Source: an uncultured bacterium (GTDB taxonomy: Bacteria; Patescibacteriota; Minisyncoccia; Moranbacterales; GWC2-37-73). Taken from it: a stretch of 47,304 nt of DNA. The stretch is from contig CAIJXA010000041.1 in the NCBI GenBank assembly GCA_903824515.1, positions 1 through 47,304 on the forward strand, given 5' to 3'. The translations under genes and the position numbers were made by a program. Positions 1 to 8,782 of the stretch are shown in pieces. The notes under the pieces were generated by a model. The model searched no databases. It was not told where the DNA came from and was given only the letters and a program-made list of their open reading frames with translations. Within the stretch, counting starts at the first letter, position 1. Each line of letters opens with the position of its first letter.

Positions 1-12
1 AAGTTGATAGTC

Positions 13-41
13 TTGACAAAAAATGGCATATGTGCTAGCCT
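13..41 (+). promoter_or_regulatory. Putative sigma70-type promoter for the collagen-like gene
   Basis: TTGACA (13-18), 17-nt spacer, TAGCCT (36-41). The same TTGACA-N17-TAnnnT layout recurs at 2163 and 5070. AAGGAG at 56-61. Confidence 0.4.
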
Positions 42-87
42 ACACAATCCTGAAACAAGGAGTAATTAATTATTCAGCAATAATCAC

Positions 88-990
88 ATGAACAAAAAAA
101 TCGCGGTACTAACTATCGCATTTAGTGTAGTGGGTTTTTCAACTAATGTGGCCTCGGCTAGCATTATTGTCAGCAGCGTAAACAGCAATAGCAACACAAA
201 CAATGTGAGTTCTTCTTCGAGCTCAACTTCAAATGCTACAACTGGCAGTGTAACTGCAACTGGCGGAACAGCAACCATAAATGGCGGCTCAACCTGCTCT
301 AGCTGTGGAAAAACTTCAACAACAGCCACCGGAGGAACTGCAACAGTGTCCGGCGGAAGCGCAAGTTCAACTTCAAGCAACAACACCTCGGTAAATCAAA
401 GCCAAAGCTCAGCTTCAGCTTCACAAGTAATCGTGGGCGGATCAGGAGCAACTGGCACAGTTTATGCATACACAGGAGCAACTGGTGCAACAGGAGCAAC
501 TGGATCCGCTGGCGCAACCGGAACTGCCGGAACCAATGGAACAAGTGGTACAAATGGCAAAGATGGTGTTAACGGCAAAGATGGAGCTAATGGAGCTACC
601 GGTGCCACAGGAGCTACTGGCGCAACAGGTGCAACGGGAGCGGCTGGAACAAATGGAATTAATGGCAAAGATGGCGCTACTGGAGCTACTGGTGCCGCTG
701 GAATAAATGGAACAAATGGAACAAATGGAACCAATGGAACCAATGGAACCAATGGAACAAATGGTTCTGATGGCAAAGATGGAAAGGATGGTAAAAATGG
801 TAAGGATGGAAAAAGTCACAAAAAAACAGTTATAATTGAGCGAATATTGCCATCAACAGGCCCTAGCGCAGCTGGACTGGCTGGACTTGGACTACTTTCC
901 CTTCTTGCTGCTGGATTTGCTGCAAAGAAATTTTTTCTAAACAGCAAGGTTAGCAAATTTAGCCTTGGTAAACTTGGTAAATTAGCTTAA
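88..990 (+). CDS. Secreted collagen-like repeat surface protein with LPXTG (LPSTG) cell-wall sorting signal
   Basis: 300-aa ORF with signal-like N-terminus MNKKIAVLTIAFSVVGFSTNVASA and a Ser/Thr/Gly-rich region. It has 38 uninterrupted G-X-Y triplets (GAT/GTN/GKD). LPSTG at 847-861 is followed by a hydrophobic stretch and a KK tail. Confidence 0.9.
   Translation: MNKKIAVLTIAFSVVGFSTNVASASIIVSSVNSNSNTNNVSSSSSSTSNATTGSVTATGGTATINGGSTCSSCGKTSTTATGGTATVSGGSASSTSSNNTSVNQSQSSASASQVIVGGSGATGTVYAYTGATGATGATGSAGATGTAGTNGTSGTNGKDGVNGKDGANGATGATGATGATGATGAAGTNGINGKDGATGATGAAGINGTNGTNGTNGTNGTNGTNGSDGKDGKDGKNGKDGKSHKKTVIIERILPSTGPSAAGLAGLGLLSLLAAGFAAKKFFLNSKVSKFSLGKLGKLA
475..816 (+). repeat. 9-nt periodic coding repeat (G-X-Y triplets) inside the collagen-like gene
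   Basis: ggagcaact / ggaacaaat / ggcaaagat units repeat 38 times. This periodicity creates the long spurious antisense and off-frame ORFs at 84-819. Confidence 0.9.
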
Positions 991-991
991 T

Positions 992-1160
992 AAAAGGGGT
1001 ATTAATGCTCCGGGGGCAAACCCCGCACCCTACGAGCTCACGAGGCAAGACATGTCACTCGTGAGCGACGTGTCAAGCCTCGTAGGCAAATCAACCCTTT
1101 GCTGCGTCCATTGAATCTGTCCAGATACACATCGGGACGCTTACTTCGCTAGATAATAAA
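992..1160 (+). ncRNA. Candidate structured RNA element, copy A (related to 28115-28256)
   Basis: Visibly GC-richer than its flanks. Hairpins: ggggta-ttaa-tgctcc (996-1011), cgggg-gcaaa-ccccg (1011-1025) and a long nested hairpin cctacgag/ctcacgag...ctcgtgag/ctcgtagg (1029-1086). The 5' end (aaaaggggtattaat) and 3' end (cttacttcgctagataataaa) are shared with copy B. The only ORF is 19 codons and is absent from copy B. Confidence 0.4.
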
Positions 1161-1185
1161 GCATAATTTCTTGAATTTCAAAATA

Positions 1186-2043
1186 ATGTCTTTCATATCT
1201 GAAAACATGAAATTTCAACTGAAAAAGGCTGCATTGCTTTGCATCCTTTTTTCAGCTGTATTCTTTGGCTCATTTTATCTCATGAATTTTTTTGATCCGA
1301 ATCCTGCTCTCAAAACCAAAGCAATTAAGCCGGTTCAAAATATTAATGTGGCTGATAATATTGAGCTTCAAAAAAGAGCTGGAAACGATAATATCAATCT
1401 AGCTGCCTTTGATGATTGGGCTAAAGTGAACAATCTTTCCGGCGACAATATCTATGATGCCGACCCGGATAAGGACGGTTTGCCAAATTATTTGGAATAT
1501 ATTCATGGAACTGATCCAAATAATGCTGACTCTGATGGGGATGGATTTTTTGATGGAACGGAAATTACTAATGGTTATGACCCAGATTCAAAGGGTGATG
1601 CAATGACAGTTGTATCAGTTAAAATCGACAAATTGGGCGTTGATGCGCCAATGGTTTGGTCAAAAACTGACATTGAAGCGAATATGTTGAAGGATCTGGA
1701 AAGTGGCTTGAGCCATTTCATGAAAACCGCAGCACCGGGACAAAACGGAAATATGATTGTTTCTGGTCATTCCAGCAACTATGCTTGGGCAAAAGGTGGC
1801 TACAATCACATTCTTGAAAAGCTCAACGATCTGCAAACTGGCGACCTTGTGACATTTCAAACGGTGCAAAAAAATGGCCGAATTATCGACTATCAATACA
1901 AAATCACAAGCAAGTTCGTCACAACTGCCAATGATCAGAAAATCTTCGAAAACACGCCAAATCCGACGCTAACGCTGACGACATGTTGGCCGTTGGGGAC
2001 AAATTTGAAAAGATTAATTATCAAGGCGGAGCTTGTAAAGTAA
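1186..2043 (+). CDS. Sortase-family transpeptidase with N-terminal membrane anchor and thrombospondin-type-3-like Asp-rich repeats
   Basis: Catalytic His (VSGHSS), TLTTC Cys motif and downstream Arg (NLKRLI). TM segment AALLCILFSAVFFGSFYL. Asp-rich repeats DADPDKDGLPNYLE and DSDGDGFFDGTE. Start is uncertain: TTG 1171, ATG 1186 or ATG 1207. Confidence 0.85.
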   Translation: MSFISENMKFQLKKAALLCILFSAVFFGSFYLMNFFDPNPALKTKAIKPVQNINVADNIELQKRAGNDNINLAAFDDWAKVNNLSGDNIYDADPDKDGLPNYLEYIHGTDPNNADSDGDGFFDGTEITNGYDPDSKGDAMTVVSVKIDKLGVDAPMVWSKTDIEANMLKDLESGLSHFMKTAAPGQNGNMIVSGHSSNYAWAKGGYNHILEKLNDLQTGDLVTFQTVQKNGRIIDYQYKITSKFVTTANDQKIFENTPNPTLTLTTCWPLGTNLKRLIIKAELVK

Positions 2044-2104
2044 AGCGCATAACGTGAAACATCAAATGCATAACGCGAAATACGCACCAAAAAAATCTTA
2101 CCCT

Positions 2105-2134
2105 CCAAAATCAGCTTGTTTGAGCTGATTTTGG
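2105..2134 (+). terminator. Hairpin terminator after the sortase gene
   Basis: ccaaaatcagc / gctgattttgg 11-bp stem with an 8-nt loop and a T-rich 3' arm. Confidence 0.5.
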
Positions 2135-2162
2135 CTATGGGGTTGACAAATTTGGCGAAGGG

Positions 2163-2191
2163 TTGACAGAATGGCTTTTTTCTGCTAGACT
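2163..2191 (+). promoter_or_regulatory. Putative promoter for the 2342 gene
   Basis: TTGACA (2163-2168), N17, TAGACT (2186-2191). A second gggTTGACA copy lies 20 nt upstream (2143-2148). Confidence 0.5.
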
Positions 2192-2341
2192 GCTTAGTTC
2201 TGAAAATCATGTCTATATTTAAATCGGTGCTTTTGTTTCGCAAAATATATCATAGAAACAAGCATCGAAAAAGTACAGAATTTATAAGTTTTTTTGACAA
2301 GTTCATAGGATTTTAAACAACAAATAAACGGAGAGGTAGCG

Positions 2342-3586
2342 ATGAAAAAAAATAGAATTAAAATCGTATTATTTTCATTGGCATTGTTACTGCCAACAGT
2401 GGCCAGGGCAAGTTCGCCTGCGCCAACAACACCAATTGTTGTAGACCCAACTATTATAGTACAGGTTGCGGATGCTAACAACAATATATATTCGGCAAAG
2501 AGCAGTTCGGAGTCGAATACAAACGTTACAACGGGACCGGTTACGGCAGGAGGAGGTTCAGCAATTGTGAATCTTGACCAAAAGTATGCCAGTTTCTTGG
2601 CGGCGCCATTGACAAGTGTCAATCTTCCAGCTGGTTCTTCAGCTGGGACTTATGGACACCTGCCAACACAGTTCGACCTTAAAATTGCAATCAGTGTGAT
2701 TCGCAAGCTTGATGGTCGAAATTTTAAAATCATGGTGGAGACCATGAAAAAAAGTGGCTCTAAAGATTGGGATGAAATTAGTGGTGATATTATTTCATCG
2801 CCACTAGTAAAAAACAGATTTTCACCACTAAGAGAAAATGAATCAGTCTGCTTTTTATCAGAGATTCCTGCTTCAGGAATTAATGATGAAGATGTAGTCG
2901 GAATTATTTCCTATAATTCCAAACTTAACAAAAAGCAGCCGGTCTTGCCAACAGACTTTCTGGCAAAGGTTTACTCCGATGCAAGCAAACTGGGGGCAAA
3001 CCGAGCAATTTTTGTGGATCAATTTTGTCAAGCACATTTGACATCTTCGGCTGATGGTCTGTCAGTCGGTGGTGCGCTGAGTTGGATTTCCAAATGTTTT
3101 ACATTTGGTCAGTCAACTTCAGCTGGTGTCAGCACACAAGGTGGCAATAGCACCCAGTATAACAACGCTGGGGTTATCGTTATTTTGTATCGGGAAGACG
3201 CTGCCGTGAAGGTTGTTGTTGAGAAAAGTGTATACAATACTTCGCAGCGTATCGTAGACACCAAAAATGAAGTTGTCGATTGTTACCGCTATTGCTACAA
3301 TAACCTGACGCTTCGTAATCGCCTTGGAAGGGATTGCATTGAATCGTATGTTAACAGTGGTGATGTCAAGTTTCTCAATGAAGCCAGATATCACTTTGAA
3401 GTAGCAGAGAGGAATCTTTTGAACGGTTGGGATATTAAATCTCACCAAGTAGAGTCGACACAAATAATGGCTGGAGTATATTATCTTCAGGCAGGTTGTA
3501 TTTTGCTGACTGACGGTAAGGCTTCGGCAATTTCTTTTGCGAAGGCGAAAAAACTTGAAAGAATCCCAACTGGATTCTCCAAGTAA
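2342..3586 (+). CDS. Secreted hypothetical protein
   Basis: 414-aa ORF with GGAGAGG 6 nt upstream and signal peptide MKKNRIKIVLFSLALLLPTVARA. Its N-terminal TTGPVTAGGGSAIVN motif resembles TTGSVTATGGTATIN of the collagen-like protein. Confidence 0.75.
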   Translation: MKKNRIKIVLFSLALLLPTVARASSPAPTTPIVVDPTIIVQVADANNNIYSAKSSSESNTNVTTGPVTAGGGSAIVNLDQKYASFLAAPLTSVNLPAGSSAGTYGHLPTQFDLKIAISVIRKLDGRNFKIMVETMKKSGSKDWDEISGDIISSPLVKNRFSPLRENESVCFLSEIPASGINDEDVVGIISYNSKLNKKQPVLPTDFLAKVYSDASKLGANRAIFVDQFCQAHLTSSADGLSVGGALSWISKCFTFGQSTSAGVSTQGGNSTQYNNAGVIVILYREDAAVKVVVEKSVYNTSQRIVDTKNEVVDCYRYCYNNLTLRNRLGRDCIESYVNSGDVKFLNEARYHFEVAERNLLNGWDIKSHQVESTQIMAGVYYLQAGCILLTDGKASAISFAKAKKLERIPTGFSK

Positions 3587-3660
3587 AATATTTTCAATTC
3601 TGTCAATCAACGGGTGAGCTTCAAGCGAAGTTCACCCAAAAAAAATCCGGGAGCATTATT

Positions 3661-4590
3661 ATGAAAAAAGTTTTGGGTTTATTGCTTGGAATCATGCTTT
3701 CGCTGCCGATTGCGTCGCAGGCGTTTAGTCCGACCGGTGATGAAATGGTTGGCGGCAAGACAGCGACCACTGCTCAGGTTCATCGTACACCTGCAACGGT
3801 GTACATTGAAAATGGCAACAGTGTTGTTGTCAAAAAATATTCTGCAAAACCGTCACTCACAGCCAGAAGAGTAAAAGACCTGATTGACGAGACTGACGGT
3901 CTGCAAAAGGAGACCGCTGGTCTCAAAGATGAAGTGGGGAAACTCTCGACTGGGTTAGCTAAAAATACTAAAGCGGTCGATGAAGCAGGGAAAAACATCT
4001 CAGGGCTTGCAACGGCAGTTGAAAATACTGCTAAAGCTATGACGGGGATGGACGGCAAAATGAGCCAGTATTTTTGGCTCACACTTGTATTGCTGCTTAT
4101 TTTGTTAGTAGTAGTCCTTTCCAGAATTCGTGCAGCCCATTCTGTCAGTGAGGAACTGCTAAATGTAGTCCATGCAGGTTTTCAAACAGCAAAGGTTGAT
4201 CAGCTCGCTACACAGGATGAAGTTGTTACAACTCGTGCTGAGGTGGCAAAAATTCCGGATGCGTTAGTAAAGCTCAAAAGGCTTGCAACAGTACTGGAGT
4301 TTAAAGACGTTGACGGAAAAGGTTTAAATGTAACTGTCATGCCGCTCATCATTGACGGCAATGTTTTTACATTAAGACTTCCTGATTCGGTCGACCCAAC
4401 TGCCGCCTATACGGATTCAACAATTCCAAGAACACCGGCCAAAAATCGCTCGCACTTGGTAAGCACAGATGAAGAAACTATCAAGGCTTACTACGGAGGC
4501 GAATTTAACGGTCACGACGATGCATCATCACTGAAGCTGAGAATAATAAAAGCAGCCTTCAGGAATGGTGAAATTGTCGAAAACAAGTAA
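3661..4590 (+). CDS. Hypothetical signal-peptide plus single-TM protein with coiled-coil-like region
   Basis: 309-aa ORF with GGGAG upstream and signal peptide MKKVLGLLLGIMLSLPIASQA. Heptad-like region LQKETAGLKDEVGKLSTGLAKNTKAVDEAGKN. Central TM segment YFWLTLVLLLILLVVVLS. Confidence 0.75.
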   Translation: MKKVLGLLLGIMLSLPIASQAFSPTGDEMVGGKTATTAQVHRTPATVYIENGNSVVVKKYSAKPSLTARRVKDLIDETDGLQKETAGLKDEVGKLSTGLAKNTKAVDEAGKNISGLATAVENTAKAMTGMDGKMSQYFWLTLVLLLILLVVVLSRIRAAHSVSEELLNVVHAGFQTAKVDQLATQDEVVTTRAEVAKIPDALVKLKRLATVLEFKDVDGKGLNVTVMPLIIDGNVFTLRLPDSVDPTAAYTDSTIPRTPAKNRSHLVSTDEETIKAYYGGEFNGHDDASSLKLRIIKAAFRNGEIVENK

Positions 4591-4680
4591 GTGGTGTTTG
4601 TTTGAACCGAAGCTAGAGTGACAGCAATACCATTCTAGCTTCAAAAAAAAATAAAATTTAGAGTCTATCTTGGCGACAGC

Positions 4681-4962
4681 TTGCGTTCTCTGGAAGCAAG
4701 TTTCGTTTCGAAGATAAACTTTAAGTTTCTGAAACGCTCTCCGGAGGTTTCAAAAAATTGTCGTGCTCATAGCAGACAAACCTGGATGCTCTCTCGAGAT
4801 CCAAACTATTTCCATCGTCATCTTGTGGGTTGGAAATATCAAAGTCATCTTAAACCTAAGATGCAAAGCCGTTCTAAAACACTGAACGAAAAAAATTTAG
4901 GAAAATTTAATCTCCAAGCTAAAACACTGATTGGAGAAGAAATCAATGTATTTCACATATAA
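4681..4962 (+). CDS. Questionable small basic hypothetical protein
   Basis: 93-codon ORF starting at TTG, with no recognisable motifs. The only support is a hairpin plus T-run immediately after its stop. Confidence 0.3.
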   Translation: MRSLEASFVSKINFKFLKRSPEVSKNCRAHSRQTWMLSRDPNYFHRHLVGWKYQSHLKPKMQSRSKTLNEKNLGKFNLQAKTLIGEEINVFHI

Positions 4963-5009
4963 GAGGCCAATATCATAAAACACTTGATATTCGGTCTCTT
5001 TTGCGTTTT
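4963..5009 (+). terminator. Hairpin plus T-run
   Basis: gaggccaatatca (4963-4975) pairs with tgatattcggtctc (4985-4998), with one mismatch and one bulge. It is followed by ttttgcgtttt. Confidence 0.45.
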
Positions 5010-5069
5010 AGGGGCGAAAAATGATTTCAACGCATAAGCAATGAACTACAGCTTTCGCCATTTTTCAAC

Positions 5070-5098
5070 TTGACAAAGACAAAAATTATTGCTATGAT
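5070..5098 (+). promoter_or_regulatory. Putative promoter of the glycosyltransferase/envelope cluster
   Basis: TTGACA (5070-5075), N17, TATGAT (5093-5098). Confidence 0.55.
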
Positions 5099-5152
5099 TC
5101 ACAGTTATCATTTTACATAGTATATATATTTGATTTGTAAATATGTAGGTTT

Positions 5153-6277
5153 ATGCGAATAGCATTTATTGGACAAAAAGGATTGCCGGCAAAAAGCGGA
5201 GGTGTTGAAAAACATGTCGAAGAAATTGCCAAGCGAATGGCCCAACAGGGACACCAGGTTTTTGTCTATGTTCGGAATAATTTTACATCCAAAGAATTGA
5301 CGCAGCTTGATGGCTTGCAACTTGTGCACTTGCCAAGCATTTCAACAAAACATTTGGATGCAATTTCCCACACGTTCTTGGCCAGCATTCATAGTCTTTT
5401 TTGCAAATATGAAGTTGTGCACTATCATGGAATTGGTCCAGCATTTTTTGCCTGGCTTCCTAAATTGTTTAATCGAAAAACAGCTGTCGTTGTCACGATT
5501 CATTATCAAGATTATCATCACAAAAAATGGGGCAGCTTTGCAAAACTTTGCTTGCGTCTGGGTGAATTTGTGGCGTGCACTGTCTCAAACAAGACAATTG
5601 TAGTAAACAAAGCATTAGCGCTGGTGACCGAAAAGAAATACGGCCGAGTATCAAACATAATTCCAAACGGATCAGACATTAGCTATTCGCCGCAAATTGA
5701 TGCAATAACTCAGTGGGGACTAAAGGAAAAAAAGTATATATTATCAGTTGGTCGCCTTGCCAAAAATGAAAGTGTGCACTTGATGATTGAAGCGTTCAAA
5801 CAACTTGAAGATGCCTCTAAAATTTCAAATAATTTTAAATTAGTCATAGTTGGAGAAGGACTTTACGGCGATGATTATATAAAATATCTCAATACCATAG
5901 TTGAGGGGCGCGATAACATTATTTTTGTCGGTTCGCAAAAAGGCGAGTCATTGGAACAGTTGTTTTCTCATGCCTATCTTTTTGTGCAGCCATCAACTTT
6001 GCCAAAAATATCCATCGCACTTCTTGAAGCGATGAGTTGCGGACTAACTCCGCTTGTGGCAGAAACGGCAGAAAACAGAGAGGTGATTAAGGACGATGGG
6101 TTTACATTTGTAGCTGGCTCAATAATGGATTTGCGAGACAAGCTTGCATTTTTACTTAGTCGCACTGATGAAGTCAAAAGAGTGGGCCAAAGAGCAAAGA
6201 AAAAAATGGAAGAAGAATATAGTTGGGATTCAATTTCTAAAAAAATAATTCAAGTTTATCAAGAAATATTAAATTAA
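5153..6277 (+). CDS. Glycosyltransferase, GT4 family (Glycos_transf_1 type)
   Basis: N-terminus MRIAFIGQKGLPAKSGGVEKHVEEIA. The C-terminal half has the typical GT-B E-x7-E region (LFVQPSTLPKISIALLEAMSCGLTPLV). Confidence 0.9.
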   Translation: MRIAFIGQKGLPAKSGGVEKHVEEIAKRMAQQGHQVFVYVRNNFTSKELTQLDGLQLVHLPSISTKHLDAISHTFLASIHSLFCKYEVVHYHGIGPAFFAWLPKLFNRKTAVVVTIHYQDYHHKKWGSFAKLCLRLGEFVACTVSNKTIVVNKALALVTEKKYGRVSNIIPNGSDISYSPQIDAITQWGLKEKKYILSVGRLAKNESVHLMIEAFKQLEDASKISNNFKLVIVGEGLYGDDYIKYLNTIVEGRDNIIFVGSQKGESLEQLFSHAYLFVQPSTLPKISIALLEAMSCGLTPLVAETAENREVIKDDGFTFVAGSIMDLRDKLAFLLSRTDEVKRVGQRAKKKMEEEYSWDSISKKIIQVYQEILN

Positions 6278-6283
6278 ACTCCT

Positions 6284-7354
6284 ATGAATAATAAAATAAG
6301 GGAAACATTAAAAAATATTCATTTTTCAGCTCAAGGCATAGTCTTTGCAATTGTTTTAAGCTTGGCATTTTTCTTGCTTGGCATGGGCAAACTAAAAACA
6401 TATCAAAGTGAAATGACTATTTTAGTCGTTTCTAAGTCGGCCAACGCCATAAATCAGCAAACCCAAATTTTGGACAATATTATGCAACTGCCAAAAACTC
6501 TTTCATTTTATGATAGACTCCTGAAAGATAATCCCTCTCTTGAGGATTCTGCTGCTGGAGAAGATCCCGCCAATCGAAAAAAGAGTTGGAATAATATGAT
6601 TTCAATTATGCAGATTAGCAAAAATGGTTCAATGATTTCAATTACGCTTTCGATTAACAGTCCAGTAGATTCCGAAATAATTGCCACTAAAACTGTTCGC
6701 ACGCTGCTTGATGTTACTAGCGCATATTACAATATAAAAGACGATCTTGATTTGCGAATTGTCGATGGACCAATAACCAGGGTGATTGTTCCTGGTTGGC
6801 AATGGTTGCTGGTCGCTAGTATATTTTTGGGTAGTTTAGTTTCTATGGCATTCGGCAAAATTATCACACTGCAAGACAAGCCTTCTCGCTTGCAAAATAT
6901 GCTTGAAAACAATCCATTAAGAAATTTCAGTTTTGTCAAAAAGGACAAACAATCAATGCCAATTGAGGCTTTGGAAAGTTTATACAAAGAGGATGCACGT
7001 CAAGATGCTGCAACTGAAGTTGTCGCTCAAGATATCAATAAAACTGAAGATTTGGCTACTCAGACTTCAGCCAAAAATAAAGTTGAATTTCCCGAGGAAG
7101 AAGTCAAAAATATTCAGGAAATTGCAAACCGAAATATATATCCAAATTTTCCGGAAATGCCAGTTCATGGCGTTTCCAGATCTTCAGCCCCAGACAATCT
7201 CCCAATAGCAGATTTTGGTGCTGAATTTGATCACAAAAACAAAGAGGAAGTCAAAGACATGCCAGGAGAGCATGAAGCCAAAGAAATTACCCATGAGCCT
7301 ACCGCTGACCAGCTCAAAGAAAGACTCAACCAATTGCTGCGTGGAGAAATGTAA
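6284..7354 (+). CDS. Membrane protein with Wzz/polysaccharide co-polymerase-like topology and an acidic C-terminal tail
   Basis: TM1 (GIVFAIVLSLAFFLLGM) is followed by YQSEMTILVV, a ~130-aa loop, and TM2 (WQWLLVASIFLGSLVSMAF). It sits between GT4 and DUF4012 genes. The function call is by topology only. Confidence 0.65.
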   Translation: MNNKIRETLKNIHFSAQGIVFAIVLSLAFFLLGMGKLKTYQSEMTILVVSKSANAINQQTQILDNIMQLPKTLSFYDRLLKDNPSLEDSAAGEDPANRKKSWNNMISIMQISKNGSMISITLSINSPVDSEIIATKTVRTLLDVTSAYYNIKDDLDLRIVDGPITRVIVPGWQWLLVASIFLGSLVSMAFGKIITLQDKPSRLQNMLENNPLRNFSFVKKDKQSMPIEALESLYKEDARQDAATEVVAQDINKTEDLATQTSAKNKVEFPEEEVKNIQEIANRNIYPNFPEMPVHGVSRSSAPDNLPIADFGAEFDHKNKEEVKDMPGEHEAKEITHEPTADQLKERLNQLLRGEM

Positions 7355-7387
7355 GAACATACCAATTTACTATTCGCTTCATTTTTC

Positions 7388-8743
7388 ATGATAAAAAAAT
7401 ATTCACTAAAATTCTGGATAATCTTTTGGACATATTCAAGTCTTTTCTTGTTTGCTTGGTTTTTGTTTTGGAATTGCAAAAATCAAGGAGTGGGCACCAC
7501 GGTTTCACAATTGATCGAATACTTTCCAATTGAAAGCGTGCAGAAAAAGCAATTTCAAACTTTAGTTGAACTTGGAGACTATTTTTATTCTAGCAAAGAA
7601 ACAGTTTTACTGATTTTGTTTCAAAACAATCTGGAGATCAGGCCTGGCGGCGGTTTTCTTGGTGCTTTTGCAATCGTAAAAATCAAAAATGGAAGCATAA
7701 TTTCCATGGAAACGCACGATCTTTCCAATTTTGACAAACAAATTCCAAATAACATTGCGCCGCCATATCCGATGAAAGAAATTGGTTATGTTGATTTTTG
7801 GAAAATGCGTGACAGCAATTTTTCTCCAGATTTTGCAACAAACGCCAGGAAAGTTGAGGAATTTTATGCCCTTGGTGGTGGCAAAGAAAAAGTAGATGGG
7901 GTTGTGGGCATCACTGCAAATATGCTGACCTCAATTTTGAAGATCACTGGACCAATCCAGGTGGAGGATTATCCGGGAACATATAGCAGTGAAAATGCCG
8001 TCATTGCGCTTGAATATCAAGTAGAAAAAGCTTTTGAAACTCAAGGTATTCCTCGAGGTGAAAGAAAATCAGTGATGAATGAACTGGCAAAAGAAATTGA
8101 AAACAGAGTTTTTTCATTTTCCATTCCTCAAAAATATCAATTAGTAAACATTATTATAGCTGACCTGACAAAGAAAGATATCCAGCTGTATTTTCAGAAT
8201 CCAGATTTACAAACTAAAGCAAGCGCAGCACTTTGGACTGGCAGCGTTGATCAAAGTTGGAGCAAGGACTTTTTAATGACCGTGGATGCAAATCTTGGTT
8301 CATTTAAAAGTGATTACTATGTTAAACGTTCAATTGACTATTTTGTTGACCTATCCAAGAAGCCTGCCGAAGCTCAATTAAAAATTACCTACCAGCATAC
8401 TGCCAAGCAAAAAGATTGGATGACGCGCGATTATGTGGATTATTTAAGGGTTTACGTTCCGGAAAATTCTCAGCTTATAGAGCAAAAGAATATAAAATAT
8501 ATTAATTACAATGAAGAATTTGGAAAAGGATATTTTGATGGCGCAGTTGTGGTCCCGATTAATTCAACGGTAGAAGTGGAAATTCACTATGACTTACCTG
8601 ATAGTATCAAAAATGAGTATGGCCTAAAAATTCAAAAACAAGCCGGCCTAAATGATATTCCAGCTACGCTGCATTTACGAAAAGCCGATGGGTCAGAAGC
8701 CCAATTTTCAAAAACAATGAATAGTGATATAATTTTTAAATAA
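7388..8743 (+). CDS. DUF4012-like envelope-associated protein
   Basis: N-terminal TM segment, then LEIRPGGGFLGAFAIVKIKNGSI, which I recall as the DUF4012 signature. 451 aa. Confidence 0.75.
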   Translation: MIKKYSLKFWIIFWTYSSLFLFAWFLFWNCKNQGVGTTVSQLIEYFPIESVQKKQFQTLVELGDYFYSSKETVLLILFQNNLEIRPGGGFLGAFAIVKIKNGSIISMETHDLSNFDKQIPNNIAPPYPMKEIGYVDFWKMRDSNFSPDFATNARKVEEFYALGGGKEKVDGVVGITANMLTSILKITGPIQVEDYPGTYSSENAVIALEYQVEKAFETQGIPRGERKSVMNELAKEIENRVFSFSIPQKYQLVNIIIADLTKKDIQLYFQNPDLQTKASAALWTGSVDQSWSKDFLMTVDANLGSFKSDYYVKRSIDYFVDLSKKPAEAQLKITYQHTAKQKDWMTRDYVDYLRVYVPENSQLIEQKNIKYINYNEEFGKGYFDGAVVVPINSTVEVEIHYDLPDSIKNEYGLKIQKQAGLNDIPATLHLRKADGSEAQFSKTMNSDIIFK

Positions 8744-8782
8744 TTGCTCTTTATAACAAACAAATAAACAGGGGGGATTGAT

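Noticed and set aside
84-819. Five overlapping ORFs (84-386 -, 299-553 -, 442-819 -, 462-776 -, 464-706 +) across the collagen-like gene
   Set aside because: They are by-products of the 9-nt periodic GXY-coding repeat, which is stop-free in several frames. Only the 88-990 frame has a signal peptide, GXY triplets and an LPSTG signal.
992-1160. Element copy A as a known RNA (SRP, 6S, tmRNA, RNase P or riboswitch) or as a small-protein gene
   Set aside because: None of the conserved motifs of those classes is present. The only ORF (19 codons from ATG 1005) is not preserved in copy B.
2194-2622. 142-aa - strand ORF overlapping the promoter and start of the 2342 gene
   Set aside because: It is antisense to a well-supported signal-peptide gene and its promoter, and has no RBS or motifs. 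The same reasoning applies to the antisense ORFs at 3119-3610, 10521-11006, 20030-20479, 36754-37278, 40928-41338 and the many 60-110-aa antisense ORFs in the track.
3560-3586. C-terminal ...RIPTGFSK of the 2342 protein as a second sortase signal
   Set aside because: No hydrophobic segment or basic tail follows the xPxTG-like motif; the protein ends 3 residues later.
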